DNA of 64,000 bases from an uncultured Gemmatimonadales bacterium (GTDB taxonomy: Bacteria > Gemmatimonadota > Gemmatimonadetes > Longimicrobiales > Longimicrobiaceae): NCBI GenBank assembly GCA_963716255.1, contig OY970303.1, positions 5,248,001-5,312,000 of the forward strand. The letters are read 5' to 3'. Position 1 is the first letter of the stretch, and every line of letters starts with the position of its first letter. The notes below the pieces were generated by a model. That model did no database searches. It was not told where the DNA came from and was given only the letters and a program-made list of their open reading frames with translations. This document shows positions 48,001 to 57,600 of the stretch, one piece after another. The position numbers and the translations under genes were made by a program.

Positions 48001-48675
48001 ACGGGCGACCGGGCGCGGTGGCGGGCCGACGGGACGCTGGAGTTCCTGGGCCGGAAAGATCACCAGGTGAAGGTGCGCGGCTTCCGCATCGAGCTGGGCG
48101 AGATCGAGGCCGCGCTGCGCCAGGCGCCCGGTGTTGCGGACTGCGCCGTCGTCGCGCGCGAGGACGAGACGGGCGACCGGCGGCTGGTGGCGTACGTGGT
48201 GGGTGAAGCGGAGACGGCGGCGCTGCGCGCGCACCTGCGGGGGAGCCTGCCGGAGTACATGGTCCCGCAGGCGATCGTCGCGCTCGACCGGCTGCCGCTG
48301 AACGCGAACGGGAAGCTGGACCGCAAGGCGCTGCCGGCGCCGGAACTCGCGTCGGCGGAGGAGAAGTACGTGGCGCCGCGCACCCCCGTGGAGGAGGTGC
48401 TGGCGGGGATCTGGACGGAGGTGCTGCGCCTGGAGCGGGTGGGGGTGCACGACAGCTTCTTCGACCTGGGCGGACACTCGCTGCTGATCATGCGTCTGCT
48501 CGCCAAGATCCAGGCCACGTTCGACCTGGACATCTCGATTCGCACCGTTTTCTCGATGCCCACGCTGGAAGCCATGGCGGGAGAGATCGAGCGCAGGATC
48601 TATGAAGACGCAGTGACCATGTCCGAATTCGAGGCCGAGCAGCTGGCCCGGTCCAACCCCGTTGCAGGAGTCTGA
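36064..48675 (+). CDS. NRPS-R1, 4 modules: A[N-MT]-T-C-A-T-C-A-T-C-A-T (~4,200 aa)
   Basis: ORF track 35743..48675. Start placed at ATG 36064 because GGAGGAGG lies 8 nt upstream (alternatives 35944, 35980). Codes: DALWLGGVFK (Val-like), DASTVAAVCK (Tyr-type), DFWSIGMVHK (Thr-type), NILQLGVIWK (Gly-type). All C domains are LCL; ends in T plus an acidic tail. Confidence 0.93.
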   Translation: MEVAHPRDACVHELFERQVKRTPDAVAVVFEGEHVTYAELNRRANRLAHHLRELGVRPEVLVGLCLDRSLELVVSLLGVLKAGGAYVPLDPSYPSERLRHMVADSGMELLLTREKFRATLPTSAGARVVILEAAERAITVQPMENPASGVTPEHLAYVIYTSGSTGQPKGSLVPHRSIPGYADVYLELPQGSPPETWLQYSSLSWDALTLELWTPLLRGSRCVLYASAAEAGVTPQGLARAIAEQGVTTLWMTSTLFNTMLDVAPEALQPLRVLLVGGEQLSGPHVRRARALLPGTRLVNGYGPSECTVFIACHVIPGEPEELPAGTIPLGRPVGDRRCYVLDSMLELAPVGVAGELCVGGPAVARGYLGRPELTAGRFVPDPYASEGGARLYRTGDEVRWRPDGTLEYVGRLDEQVKVRGYRIELGEIEARLLEHGAVREAVVVAREDDAGDKRLVAYWVEKLDSRVTEASDESESDHVAAWKDLYDSVYGENGGDSDPTFNIGGWNSSYTGQPIPPEEMREWLDATVARTVALKPKRVLEIGCGSGLILFRLAAGCERYVGTDFSADGLRKVRAVLDGRPEGDRVELYERLADDFSGFAPGSFDLVVINSVVQYLPSIHYLETVIERAVRAVAPGGHVFVGDVRNLDLLGAFHTAVETYRSAPTTPVAEWRARAERAQRSEDELVIAPAFFRSLRQRLASVDHVEVLHKRGRFLNEMTEFRYDVVLYVGAGDQADPEAEADASWEIDRLTLDSLRARLQETTDELLIVADVPNARVSGPLKLLAMRRDSGSAETVEDVRRLAFPDGVNPEELWTLGESLGWSVEVSVADSDNAGRVDAMFSRRHGTSGRYRFPALRGWTRESLTACATAPMRSKPAGVLPSHLRSFLEARLPAYMLPAAYVRLEALPLTPNGKVDRRGLPAPARDAYADATYEAPVGEAEAALAQIWAEVLRMERVGRWDHFFELGGHSLLAVQVVSRVRQRLGVEVALGEVFRLPVLAEFARAVAGAARADLPRIEPVDRAAPLPLSFAQQRLWFLEQLGGMGNAFHILWRLRLQGRLDGGALGRALERIVARHEVLRTTFTLVDGEPVQRIALVEESRFHLAEHDLRGEAGAEEEVGRLLAQEWSTPFDLERGPLIRGCLIRLGEDDHVLQMTMHHIVSDGWSMGVLTGELSTLYAACLRGEADPLPAPAVQYGDYAVWQRRWLTGEVLREQAEYWRRRLAGATELLELPTDHPRPARMGHAGASLDVELGEELTGRLKELSRRQGTTLFMTLLTGWAVVLSRLSGQEDLVVGTPTANRGRAEIEGLIGFFVNTLALRLDLSGAPRAGELMERVRERALEAQHHQDIPFEQVVELAQPMRSLSHSPLFQVMFAWQNAPGGELVLPGVEVAAMGEGAEQASTQFDLSLSLGESGGRIVGGVQYATSLYERGTVDRYLGYLRRVLEAMAAGPQRRITEIEMLTEAERRLVVVEWNATEAAYPRDVCVHELFEREVERSPDAVAVVYESEVLSYAELNRRANRLAHHLRDLGVGPDTRVAICAEPSLEMMVGVLGVLKAGGAYVPLDPSYPEERLGYMLRDSAPAVLLRQPSLASRFVEMDLPALDLCGQEPAWASAPETNPARERVGLTPEHLAYVIYTSGSTGRPKGVMVEHRGVCNLALAQIHCFAVEPGSRVLQFGSFSFDACVSEVAMALCRGASLHLTPRGVTPAGEALVEIVAAHGITHLTLPPAVLATLPGDSELRPVRTMVVAGDVMPETAARRWAKGRRLVNAYGPTEATVCASVHVCGADEAGKPSIGRPLSNAQIYILDGAGEPVPVNVAGELYIGGAGVARGYLGRAELTAERFVPDPFGKEDGGRLYRTGDLGLWSPGGTIAFLGRNDHQVKLRGYRIELGEIEALLVQHPGVREAALAAREDTPGNRRVVAYWVGSDEVGVERLRAHLLERLPEYMVPAAYVRLERLPLNPNGKLDRRALPAPEGDAYARRGYEAPVGEIEAVLAQIWAEVLKMERVGRRDHFFDLGGHSLLAVQVASRVRQRLGVEVALGEVFRLPTLAEFARAVEGATRADLPRIEPVDRAAPLPLSFAQQQLWFLDRLEPGSSTYNIPVAWRLGGALDEPALERALGEIVRRHEALRTTFADRDGSPVQVIARFGGFALPVEDLSDLSEADREAEVRRRAGKEARRPFDLAAGPLFRAALLRVADEDHVLLLCIHHIVTDGWSMGVLFRELSALYEAYREGRESPLAELAVQYADYAVWQREQLAGEVLDRQLAYWRERLADAPAVLELPTDHPRPAVQTYRGATVPVEFSPELLERLQRLGRSEGATLYMVLLGAFQVLLGKYAGSEDVVVGSPIAGRTRGEIEELIGFFVNTLVLRTDLSGDPSFRETLRRVREATLGAYAHQDVPFEKLVAELQPERSLSHSPLFQVMFTLQNAGGRESALPGLKVSGAGAELASAKFDLSVEFAETPEGLRGGLNYSTDLFERGTVERMLGHLERVLEQVAANADVRLSQLELLGEAERALVLEEWNRTEAEYPADRCIHERFEAQAARTPGAVAVRFEEESLTLRELNAHANQLAHHLRRRGVGPEVRVGICLERSLEMVVAILAILKAGGAYVPLDPGYPAERLAFILADSATPVLLTRETLRGAIPAREGVEVVSLDGAAKEIAAESLENPQSGAGPDSLAYVIYTSGSTGTPKGALIEHRNVARLFSATDAWFGFGPDDVWTLFHSYAFDFSVWELWGALLYGGRVVVVPFDVSRDPEAFHALVQREGVTVLSQTPSAFRQFIRVDGERGGDLALRNVIFGGEALEPASLREWVERRGADTPRLVNMYGITETTVHVTYRPLSREDVFGGSGSPIGRAIPDLRLYVLDPARRPMPVGVPGELYVGGAGVARGYLNRPELTAERFVDDPFTPGRLYRTGDRVRWMADGTLEYLGRLDEQVKIRGFRIELGEIEAALRQAPGVADCTVIVRDDETGDRRLVAYVVGEAEAEALRDRLRQSLPEYMVPSAFVALDARPLTSNGKLDRKALPAPELASAEERYVAPRTPVEEVLAGIWTEVLRLERVGVTDNFFELGGHSLLATRVISRIRAVFGVELPLRALFEGPTIAEMAVRVEEIRRADLPVLPPVVPVERTGALPLSFAQERLWFIDQLEPGSAVYNIPMAWRLGGALDRAALERALGEIVRRHEALRTTFKEVEGSPVQVVAPFGGFALPVEDLSGLSGADREEAVRRRVGGEARRAFDLAAEPLFRAVLLRVDEEDHVLLLAMHHIVSDGWSMEVFFRELSALYAAYRAGRESPLPELAVQYADYAVWQREQLAGEALDRQLSYWRERLGGAPELLELPTDHPRPPVQTYRGESVGVNFSPELLERLQALGRSEGATLYMVLLGAFQVLLSRYGGCEDVVVGSPIAGRTREEVEELIGFFINTLVLRTDLSGDPSFREVLRRVREVTLGAYEHQDVPFEKLVAELQPERSLSHSPLFQAIFALQNAGDLGGELLGLKVGGVGAAMGIAKYDLSLTLGATAQGLRGGLNYSTDLFERGTVERMLGHLERVLEQVAADADVRLSQLDLLGGAERALVLEEWNRTGAEYPADRCIHELFEAQAARTPGAVALRFEEESLTYAELNERANRLAHCIRGLGVGPDVRVGVCVERSLEMVVSLLAVLKAGGAYVPLDPGLPAERLAYMLDDSAVPLVLVQAALRETVPAREGVGVLAVDALAERLAAEPAENPAGGAGPDSLAYVIYTSGSTGRPKGVMNVHRGVVNLLWSMRGTVAMAPADRLLAVTTFAFNISVLELFFPLLSGARVEILDRFAASDPVLLREAVGAGVGTVLQATPATWRLLLDAGWEGAESLRALSGGEALPAELAARLRERVGALWNVYGPTETTIWSTAQPLGAGTDVGRGHVSIGAPVANTRVYVVDRYLSPEPAGVPGELYIGGAGVARGYLGRPGLSAEKFVPDPFAAEPGARLYRTGDRARWRADGTLEFLGRKDHQVKVRGFRIELGEIEAALRQAPGVADCAVVAREDETGDRRLVAYVVGEAETAALRAHLRGSLPEYMVPQAIVALDRLPLNANGKLDRKALPAPELASAEEKYVAPRTPVEEVLAGIWTEVLRLERVGVHDSFFDLGGHSLLIMRLLAKIQATFDLDISIRTVFSMPTLEAMAGEIERRIYEDAVTMSEFEAEQLARSNPVAGV
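37480..38690 (+). other. N-methyltransferase domain inserted between A8 and A9 of starter module R1
   Basis: GWNSSYTGQPIP, EMREW, VLEIGCGSG, VVINSVVQY, FVGDVR, NEMTEFRYDV: canonical NRPS backbone N-MT motifs. Confidence 0.9.
47048..48055. repeat. ~1 kb direct repeat, copy 1 (Gly-type A core, module R4)
   Basis: Near-identical to ~54567-55574 (offset 7519); shadow ORFs 47091/54610 and 47313/54832 are almost identical. Confidence 0.92.
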
Positions 48676-48676
48676 G

Positions 48677-51600
48677 ATGGCTTCGGAAAAGACGGTCGAG
48701 CTTCCGCGTCCGGAGTTTTCTGCAGCCAAGCGCGCGTTCATCGAGGCCAGGCTCAGGGGGCAGGTCCGCTCGTCGGGGATCGTCCCCCGCGCTCATCGCG
48801 ACGGCGCTCCGCTCTCGTTCGCACAGGAGCGGCTCTGGTTCATCGACCGGCTGGAGCCGGGGAGCGCCGTCTACAACATCCCCGTGGCCTGGCGCCTGGG
48901 GAGTGCGCTGGACGGGCGGGCGCTGGAGCGTGCGCTGGGCGAGGTCGTCCGGCGGCACGAGGCGCTCCGCACCACCTTCCGGGAGATGGATGGCTCACCG
49001 GTGCAGGTGATTGCGCCGTTCGGGGGCTTCACGCTGACGGTAGAGGACCTGTCGGGGTTGAGCGACGCAGATCGCGAGACGGAGGTGAGGCGCCGCGCCA
49101 CCGAGGAGGCGATGCGGCCGTTCGACCTCACGGCGGGGCCGCTCTTCCGTGCGGTGCTGCTGCGGCTGGACGAGGAGAGCCACGTGCTGCTGCTCTCGAT
49201 GCACCACATCATCAGCGACGGCTGGAGCCTGGGGGTGTTCTTCCGCGAGCTGTCGTCGCTGTACGCGGCGTATCGCGAGGGGCGGGAATCGCCGTTGCCG
49301 GAGCTGGCGGTGCAGTACGCCGACTACGCTGTCTGGCAGCGCGAGCACCTGCGAGGCGAGATGCTGGGGCGGCAGTTCTCGTACTGGCGGGAGCGCCTGG
49401 CGGGAGCCCCGGAGCTGGTGGAGCTGCCCACCGACCATCCGCGCCCGGCGGTGCAGACGTTCCGGGGGGCGATCGAGCGGATCGAGCTTCCCGGCGAGCT
49501 GCTGGAGCGACTCCGGGCGCTGGGGCGGAGGGAGGGGGCGACGCTTTACATGGTGGTGCTCTCCGCCTTCCAGGTGCTGCTGTCGAAGTACAGCGGGAGC
49601 GAGGACATCGTCGTGGGGAGCCCCGTCGCAGGGCGGACGAGGGATGAGGTCGCGGGGCTGATCGGCTTCTTCGTGAACACGCTGGTGCTGCGCACCGATC
49701 TGGGCGGAGACCCGAGCTTCCAGGAGGTGCTGGGGCGGGTGCGGGAGGTGACGCTGGGGGCGTACGAGCACCAGGAGCTTCCCTTCGAGAAGCTGGTTGC
49801 CGAGCTGCAGCCGGAGCGCTCCCTGAGCCACTCTCCGCTCTTCCAGGTGTCGTTCTCTCTGGACGACGTGGACGAATCGGGAGGTGGCGGGGCAGAGTCG
49901 AGCACCGAAGGGGTCGACGCGGATTTCGCCCAGGCCAAGTTCGACCTGTCGCTCGCCTTCGTAGCAACGCGGCAAGGCCTGCGCGGCGAGCTGTCCTTCA
50001 GCACCGACCTCTTCGAGCGCGGCACGGTCGAGAGGATGCTCGGCCACCTGGAGCGGGTGCTGGAGCAGGTCGCCGCCGACGCGAACGTGTGGCTTTCGCG
50101 GCTGGAACTGCTCGGCGGGGCGGAGCGCGCGCTGGTGCTCGGGACGTGGAACCACACGGAGCGCGAATATTCCGCACCGCCGGCCCACGTGCTCTTCGCC
50201 GAGTTGGCGCGCCGTGCTCCGGAGGCCACCGCCCTCCTGTATGGTGGGGAAGCCGTGACCTATGGCGCGCTGGACCGGCGCGCGGCGGTCCTCGCCCGGC
50301 ACCTGCGCGAGCTGGGGGTCGGGCCCGAGACCCCGGTGGGCCTGTGCATGGAGCGCACGCCCGAGCTGCTGGTGGGCGTGTTCGGGATCTGGAAGGCGGG
50401 TGGCGCATACGTCCCCCTCGATCCGGGCTACCCGGCGGAGCGGCTGGGGTGGATCATCGCCGACGCGGCGCTTCCGGTGGTGGTCGCCACGGGGAGCACG
50501 GCCGGGGTGCTGCCGGAGCACGGAGCCACCCTCGTGCGGGTGGACGGGCTTCCGGAGACGGCGGCGGAGGCGGCGCCGGAGGTGCCCGCGTCCGACGCGA
50601 GCCTGGCATACGTCATCTACACCTCCGGCTCGACCGGTCGCCCCAAGGGGGTGCTGGTGCAGCACGGCTCCCTGGCCAACCTGCTGTCCGCCACGCGCGA
50701 GGCGTTCGGGGTTGGCGAGGGCGACGTGATGCCGGCGCTGGCTTCGTACGCCTTCGACATCTGGCTGTTCGAGGCGCTGCTCCCGCTCACCTCGGGGGGC
50801 GCGGTGCGCCTGGTGGAGCGCGAGCGCGTGCTGGACGCGCCCGCGCTGGTGGAGGAGATCGCGGACGCCACGCTGGTGCACGCGGTCCCCGCGCTGATGC
50901 GGCAGCTGGTGCAGGCGGAGCGCGAGACGCCCCGGCTCTCCCGGCTGCGGCACGCCTTCGTGGGCGGCGACCGGGTCGCGGCCGACCTGCTGGCGGAGAT
51001 GCGTGAGACGTTTTCCGGGGCGGGGACGCACGTCCTCTACGGTCCCACAGAAGGGACCATCCTGGCCTCCACGTACCCCGTCCCGGAGGACGGGATCGTG
51101 GCGGGGCACCCGATCGGCCGTCCCCTGGGGAACGTGCGCCTGTACGCCTGCGACGGGTTCGGGAGCCCGCAGCCGGCGGGCGTCCCGGGCGAGCTCCTGA
51201 TCGGCGGGGCGGGGGTGGCGCGCGGCTACCTGGGCCGCTCCGCGATGACGGCGGAGCGCTTCGTTCCCGACCCGTTCTCCCTGGAAGGCGGCGCACGGCT
51301 GTACCGGACGGGTGACCGGGCGCGCTGGCGGGCGGACGGGACGCTGGAGTTCCTGGGCCGACTGGACGGGCAGGTGAAGATCCGGGGCTTCCGCATCGAG
51401 CCGGGGGAGATCGAGGCCGTTCTGCGGCGGCACGAGAGAGTCGCGGAGTGTGTCGTCGTGGTGCGCGAAGACGAAGCAGGGGACCGGCGTTTGGCCGCCT
51501 ACGTCGTTCCCGCTCCGCGGAAGGACGTCGAGCTGTGGCCCTCGATCGGGGAGTACTTCGTCTACGACGACCTGATCTACCACGGGCTCACACACGACAC

Positions 51601-54600
51601 CCTGCGCAACGCGCGCTACCTGCGCGCGCTACAGCGGCATGCGCCGGGAAAGGCGGTGCTGGACGTCGGCACCGGACCGGACGCAATCCTGGCGCGGCTC
51701 GCGGTGGAAGCGGGCGCGCGTCACGTCTACGCGGTCGAACTGCTGGAGAAGTCGTACCTCGCGGCCCGCGAGCGCGTCCGTGAGCTGGGTCTGGAGGACC
51801 GTATCACGGTGATCCACGGCGATGCCCGCGCCGTGGAGCTTCCCGAGCCGGCGGAGGTGTGCGTCTCGGAAATCGTGGAGGCCATCGCCGGGGGCGAGGG
51901 CGCCGCCGTCATCCTCAACCAGGCGCGGCGGTTGCTGGCGCCCGGCGCGGTCATGATCCCGGGGTCGGCGCGCACCCGGGTGGCCGCGGTGACCCTGCCT
52001 GAAGAGCTCCGTCACGCGCCGGCCTTCTCGCCGACTGCCGCGCACTACGTGAAGGGGATCTTCGAGGAGGTGGGGTACCCCTTCGACCTGCGGCTCTGCA
52101 TCCGGAACTTCCCAGCCAATCACGTCCTCTCGACCGAGGGGATGTACGAGGAGCTGGACTTCGGCGCCGGCCCGGTCCACGCCGAGTACACTCGGCGCGA
52201 GGAGCTGGTGGTCGAACGCGAGGGAAGGATGGACGGGCTGCTGCTCTGGCTGCGGATGGAGCTGGCCGAGGGCGAGGAGCTGGACATCCTGGAGGAGGAG
52301 ACCGCCTGGTTCCCGGTCTACTTCCCCCTCTTCGATCCGGGGATCGAGGTCGCGGTGGGGGACCAGGTGCGCCTGGAGTGCTGGGCGGAGATCCCGGACG
52401 GTGTGGCCCCGGACTACGGAGCTCGGGGGGTGCTGGTGCGCGGGCGGGACGGCGAAGAGGTGCCGTTCGAGTTCGTCTCCTACCACCACAGGCCGGTCTT
52501 CCGGGCGAGCTCCTTCTACCGGCGGCTCTTCACGGATGGAGAGGTTCCGCCCCTCGGCGAGCAGAGGGAGACGCTGCCGGCCTCGCTGCGCGAGCACGTA
52601 CGGCGGAGCCTGCCGGAGTACATGGTGCCGGCGGCGTTCGTGGTGCTGGAGAGGCTTCCGCTCACCCCGAACGGCAAGCTGGACCGCAAGGCGCTGCCGG
52701 CGCCGGAGTACGCGGCTGAGGCGGACCACTGCGTGGCGCCGCGGACGCCGGCAGAAGAGGTGCTGGCGGGGATCTGGGCGGAGGTGCTGCGCCTGGAGCG
52801 GGTGGGGGTGACGGAGAACTTCTTCGAGCTGGGCGGGCACTCGCTGCTCGCTACCCGGGCGGTCTCGCGCATCCGCGAGGTGTTCGGTGTGGAACTGCCG
52901 CTGCGGGCGCTCTTCGAGGGACCCACGGTGGCGGAGCTGGCCGGGCGGGTGGAGGAGATGCGCCGCGCGGGGGCGCCCGCACTCCCCGCTGTGGTGCCGA
53001 TGGAGCGCACGGGTGCGCTGCCGCTGTCCTTCGCGCAGGAGCGGCTCTGGTTCATCGACCGGATGGAGCCGGGGAGCGCCGTCTACAACCTCCCCGTGGC
53101 ATGGCGCCTGGGGGGTGCGCTGGACGTGGCGGTGCTGGAGCGCGCGCTTGGCGAGATCGTCCGCCGTCACGAGGCGCTGCGGACGGTCTTCGCCGAGGTG
53201 GACGGCACGCCGGTGCAGGTGATCGCCCCGTTCGGCGGCTTCGTCGTGCCGGTGGAGGACCTGTCGGGGCTCGGCGATGCGGCGCTCGGGCGGCGCGTCG
53301 GCGAAGAGGCGCTGCGGCCGTTCGACCTGGCCGCGGGGCCGCTGTTCCGAGCGCTGCTGCTGCGTCTGGGCCCCGAGGATCACGTGCTGCTGCTCTCGAT
53401 GCACCACATCGTCAGCGACGGGTGGAGCATGGGGGTGCTCTACCGGGAGTTGTCGGCGCTCTACGCGGCGTATCGCGAGGCAGGGGAGTCGCCGCTGGCG
53501 GAGCCGGCGGTGCAGTACGCCGACTACGCCGTGTGGCAGCGCGATCAGCTGGAGGGCGAGGTGCTGGACCGGCAGCTCTCGTACTGGCGGGAGCGCCTGG
53601 TGGGCGCGCCGGAGCTGCTGGAGCTGCCCACCGACCATCCGCGTCCGCCGGTGCAGACGTACCGGGGCGCGACGGTCCCGGTGGAGCTCTCCCTGGAGCT
53701 GCTCGAGCGCTTGCAGGCGCTGGGGCGGAGCGAGGGAGCGACGCTGTACATGGTGCTGCTGGGCGCCTTCCAGGTGCTGCTGGGCAAGTACGCCGGCAGC
53801 GAGGACGTGGTGGTGGGAAGCCCGATCGCCGGACGCACGCGCGGGGAGGTGGAGGAGCTGATCGGCTTCTTCGTCAACACGCTGGTGCTGCGCGCCGACC
53901 TCTCGGGAGATCCGAGCTTTCGCGAGTTGCTGCGGCGGGTGCGGGAGGTGACGCTGGGCGCGTATGAGCACCAGGAGGTGCCGTTCGAGAAGCTGGTGGC
54001 CGAGTTGCAGCCGGAGCGCAGCCTGAGCCACTCGCCGCTCTTCCAGGTGTCGTTCGCGCTCCAGGACGCCGGGGGCGGAGGAGGCGCGCTTCCGGGCCTG
54101 AAGGTCGGCAGCGTCGGTGCGGCGATGGAAATCGCCAAGTTCGATCTCTCCCTGACGCTCGCGGCGACCCCTCAGGGCCTGTGCGGTGGACTGAACTACA
54201 GCACCGACCTCTTCGAGCGCGGCACGGCTCTTCGGATGCTCGGCCACCTGGAACGAGTGCTGGAGCAGGCCGCGGCCCGGCCGGAGGCGCGGCTCTCGGA
54301 GCTGGACCTGCTCGGCGAGGCGGAGCGCCCGCTCTTGCTTGAGGAGTGGAACGACACGGCGGCCGACTATCCGGCAGACCGGTGCATCCACGAGCTGTTC
54401 GAGGCGCAGGCGGCGCGCACGCCGGGGGCAGTGGCCCTGCGCTTCGAGGAGGAGTCGCTCACCTACCGCGAGCTGAACGAGCGTGCCAACCGTCTCGCCC
54501 ACCACCTGCGCGGCCACCACGTGGGCCCCGAGGTGCGCGTGGGCGTGCTGATGGAGCGCAGCGAGGAGATGGTGGTCTCCCTCCTGGCCGTGCTGAAGGC

Positions 54601-57600
54601 CGGGGGTGCCTACGTGCCGCTGGACCCGGGCCTGCCCGCCGAGCGGCTGGCGTACATGCTGGACGACAGCGCCGTGCCGCTGGTGCTGGTGCAGGCTGCC
54701 CTGCGCGAGACCGTTCCCGCGCGCGAAGGCGTGGGGGTGCTGGCGGTGGACGCGCTGGCGGAGCGGCTGGCGGCGGAGCCGGCGGAGAACCCGGCGGGCG
54801 GCGCGGGGCCGGATTCGCTGGCGTACGTCATCTACACCTCCGGCTCCACCGGCCGTCCCAAGGGGGTGATGAACGTGCACCGGGGCGTGGTGAACCTGCT
54901 CTGGTCGATGCGCGGGACCGTGGCGATGGCGCCCGCGGACCGGTTGCTCGCCGTTACCACCTTCGCCTTCGACATCTCGGTGCTCGAACTCTTCCTCCCG
55001 CTGCTCTCGGGCGCGCGGGTGGAGATCCTGGACCGCTTCGCGGCGTCCGACCCCGTCCTGCTGCGGGAGGCGGTCGGCGCGGGCGTCGGGACCGTGCTGC
55101 AGGCCACGCCCGCGACCTGGCGGCTCCTCCTCGACGCCGGGTGGGAGGGCGCGGAGAGCCTGCGCGCCCTGAGCGGCGGCGAGGCGCTCCCCGCCGAGCT
55201 CGCCGCGCGGCTGCGCGAGCGCGTGGGCGCGCTCTGGAACGTGTACGGGCCGACGGAGACCACCATCTGGTCGACGGCGCAGCCCCTCGGCGCGGGGACG
55301 GACGTGGGCCGCGGGCACGTCTCCATCGGCGCGCCGGTGGCGAACACGCGGGTGTACGTGGTGGACAGGTACCTGTCCCCGGAGCCGGCGGGGGTCCCGG
55401 GGGAGCTGTACATCGGCGGGGCGGGCGTGGCGCGCGGCTATCTGGGGCGGCCGGGGCTCTCGGCGGAGAAGTTCGTCCCCGACCCGTTCTCCGCGGAGCC
55501 GGGCGCGCGCCTGTACCGCACGGGCGACCGGGCGCGGTGGCGGGCCGACGGGACGCTGGAGTTCCTGGGCCGGAACGACCAACAGGTGAAGGTGCGCGGC
55601 TTCCGCATCGAGCTGGGCGAGATCGAGGCCGCGCTGCGCCAGCACGAGAGCGTCACCGACTGCGCCGTCGTCGCTCGCGAGGACGAGACGGGCGACCAGC
55701 GGCTGGTGGCGTACGTGGCCGGTGGTGTGGAGGCGGACGAGCTGCGCGAGCACCTGCGGCGGAGCCTGCCGGAGTACATGGTGCCGGCGGCGTTCGTGGC
55801 GCTGGACGCGCTGCCGCTGACTTCGAATGGGAAGGTGGACCGCAAGGCGCTGCCGGCGCCGGAGGGGGATGCGTACGCGCGGGGGCGCTACGAGGCACCG
55901 CTGGGGGAGGTGGAGGCGGCGCTGGCCGAGATCTGGGCGGAGGTGCTCGGGTTGGACCGGGTGGGGCGGTGGGACCACTTCTTCGAGCTGGGCGGGCACT
56001 CGCTCCTGGCGATCAAGCTGATCGAGCGGATGCGGCGGGTAGGGCTGTACATGGAAGTGCGGGCCCTGTTCACCACGCCGGTGCTGGCCGAGCTGGCCCT
56101 GGAAGTGGGCCGGGCGTCATCGGAGGTGGAGGTCCCCGCGAACGGGATCCCGGAGGGGTGCGAGTCCATCACGCCGGAGATGCTCCCGCTGGTGGAGCTC
56201 ACGCAGGCGGAGATCGACCGGATCGTGGCGGGGGTGCCGAGCGGAGCCGCGAACGTGCAGGACATCTACCCGCTGGCTCCGCTGCAGGAGGGGATCCTCT
56301 TCCACCACCAGATGTCGCAGGAAGGGGACCCGTACCTGCTGTCGAGCGTGACCGAGTTCGACACCCGTGCGCGCGTGGAGCAGTACCTGGCCGCCCTGCA
56401 GGCGGTGATCGACCGGCACGACATCCTGCGCACGGCGGTGGCCTGGGAGGGGCTGAGCGAGCCGGTGCAGGTCGTCGTGCGGCACGCGCCGCTGCCGATG
56501 GAGGAGGTGGAGCTGGATGCGGGGGCCGGGGCGGCCGAGCAGCTGTGGGGGCGCTACGACCCTCGGCGATACCGGATGGACGTGGGGCGGGCGCCGCTGC
56601 TGCGGGCGTGCATCGCCGAGGACCGCGCGCGTGGCCGGTGGCTGCTGCTGATGCTCGCGCACCACCTGATGAGCGACCACGAGTCGCTGGAGGTGCTGCA
56701 GGAAGAGATCTCGGCGCACCTGCTGGGCCGGGAGTCGGAGCTGCCGGCGCCGCTGCCGTTCCGCAACTACGTGGCGCAGGCGCGGCTGGGGGTGAGCCGC
56801 GAGGAGCACGAGCGGTTCTTCCGCGGGATGCTGGGGGACGTGGAGGAGCCGACGGCGCCGTACGGGCTGCTGGACGTGTGGGGGGAGGGACGTGGGATCG
56901 GGGAGGCGCGGCTTGCGGTGGCGGGCGACCTGGGCGCGCGGCTGCGCCGCCGGGCGCGGGCGCTGGGGGTGAGCGCGGCGAGTCTGTGCCACCTGGCGTG
57001 GGCGCAGGTGCTGGCGCGGCTGAGCGGCCGGCAGGACGTGGTCTTCGGGACGGTGCTCTTCGGCCGGATGCAGGGCGGGGAGGGGACGGACCGGGTGATG
57101 GGCCCCTTCATCAACACGCTGCCGGTGCGGATCGGGGTGGGAGAGGAAGGGGTCGAGGCGGCGACGCGGCGCACGCACGCGCTGCTGGCGGACCTGCTGC
57201 GGCACGAGCACGCCTCGCTGGCGCTGGCGCAGCGCAGCAGCGGCGTGGCGGCACCCGCGCCGCTGTTCACCTCGCTGCTGAACTATCGCTACAGCGGCGG
57301 GAGGGGGCGTTCGCAGGAGGCGGGGCAGGCGACGGAGGGCGTGCGGGGCATTGGCGCACAGGCCCGGACGAACTACCCCGTGACGCTCTCGGTGGACGAC
57401 CTGGGGGAGGAGTTCTCGCTGACCGCGCAGGTGGCGGCCCCGGCGGAGGCGGAGCAGGTGTGCCGGATGATGCACACGGCGCTGGAGCGGCTGGTCGAGG
57501 CGCTGGAGCTTGCTCCCGTGCGGGCGATCGGGAGCATCGACGTGCTGCCGGAGGCGGAGCGCCGCATCGTGGTGGAGGAGTGGAACCGGGCCGAAGCCGA

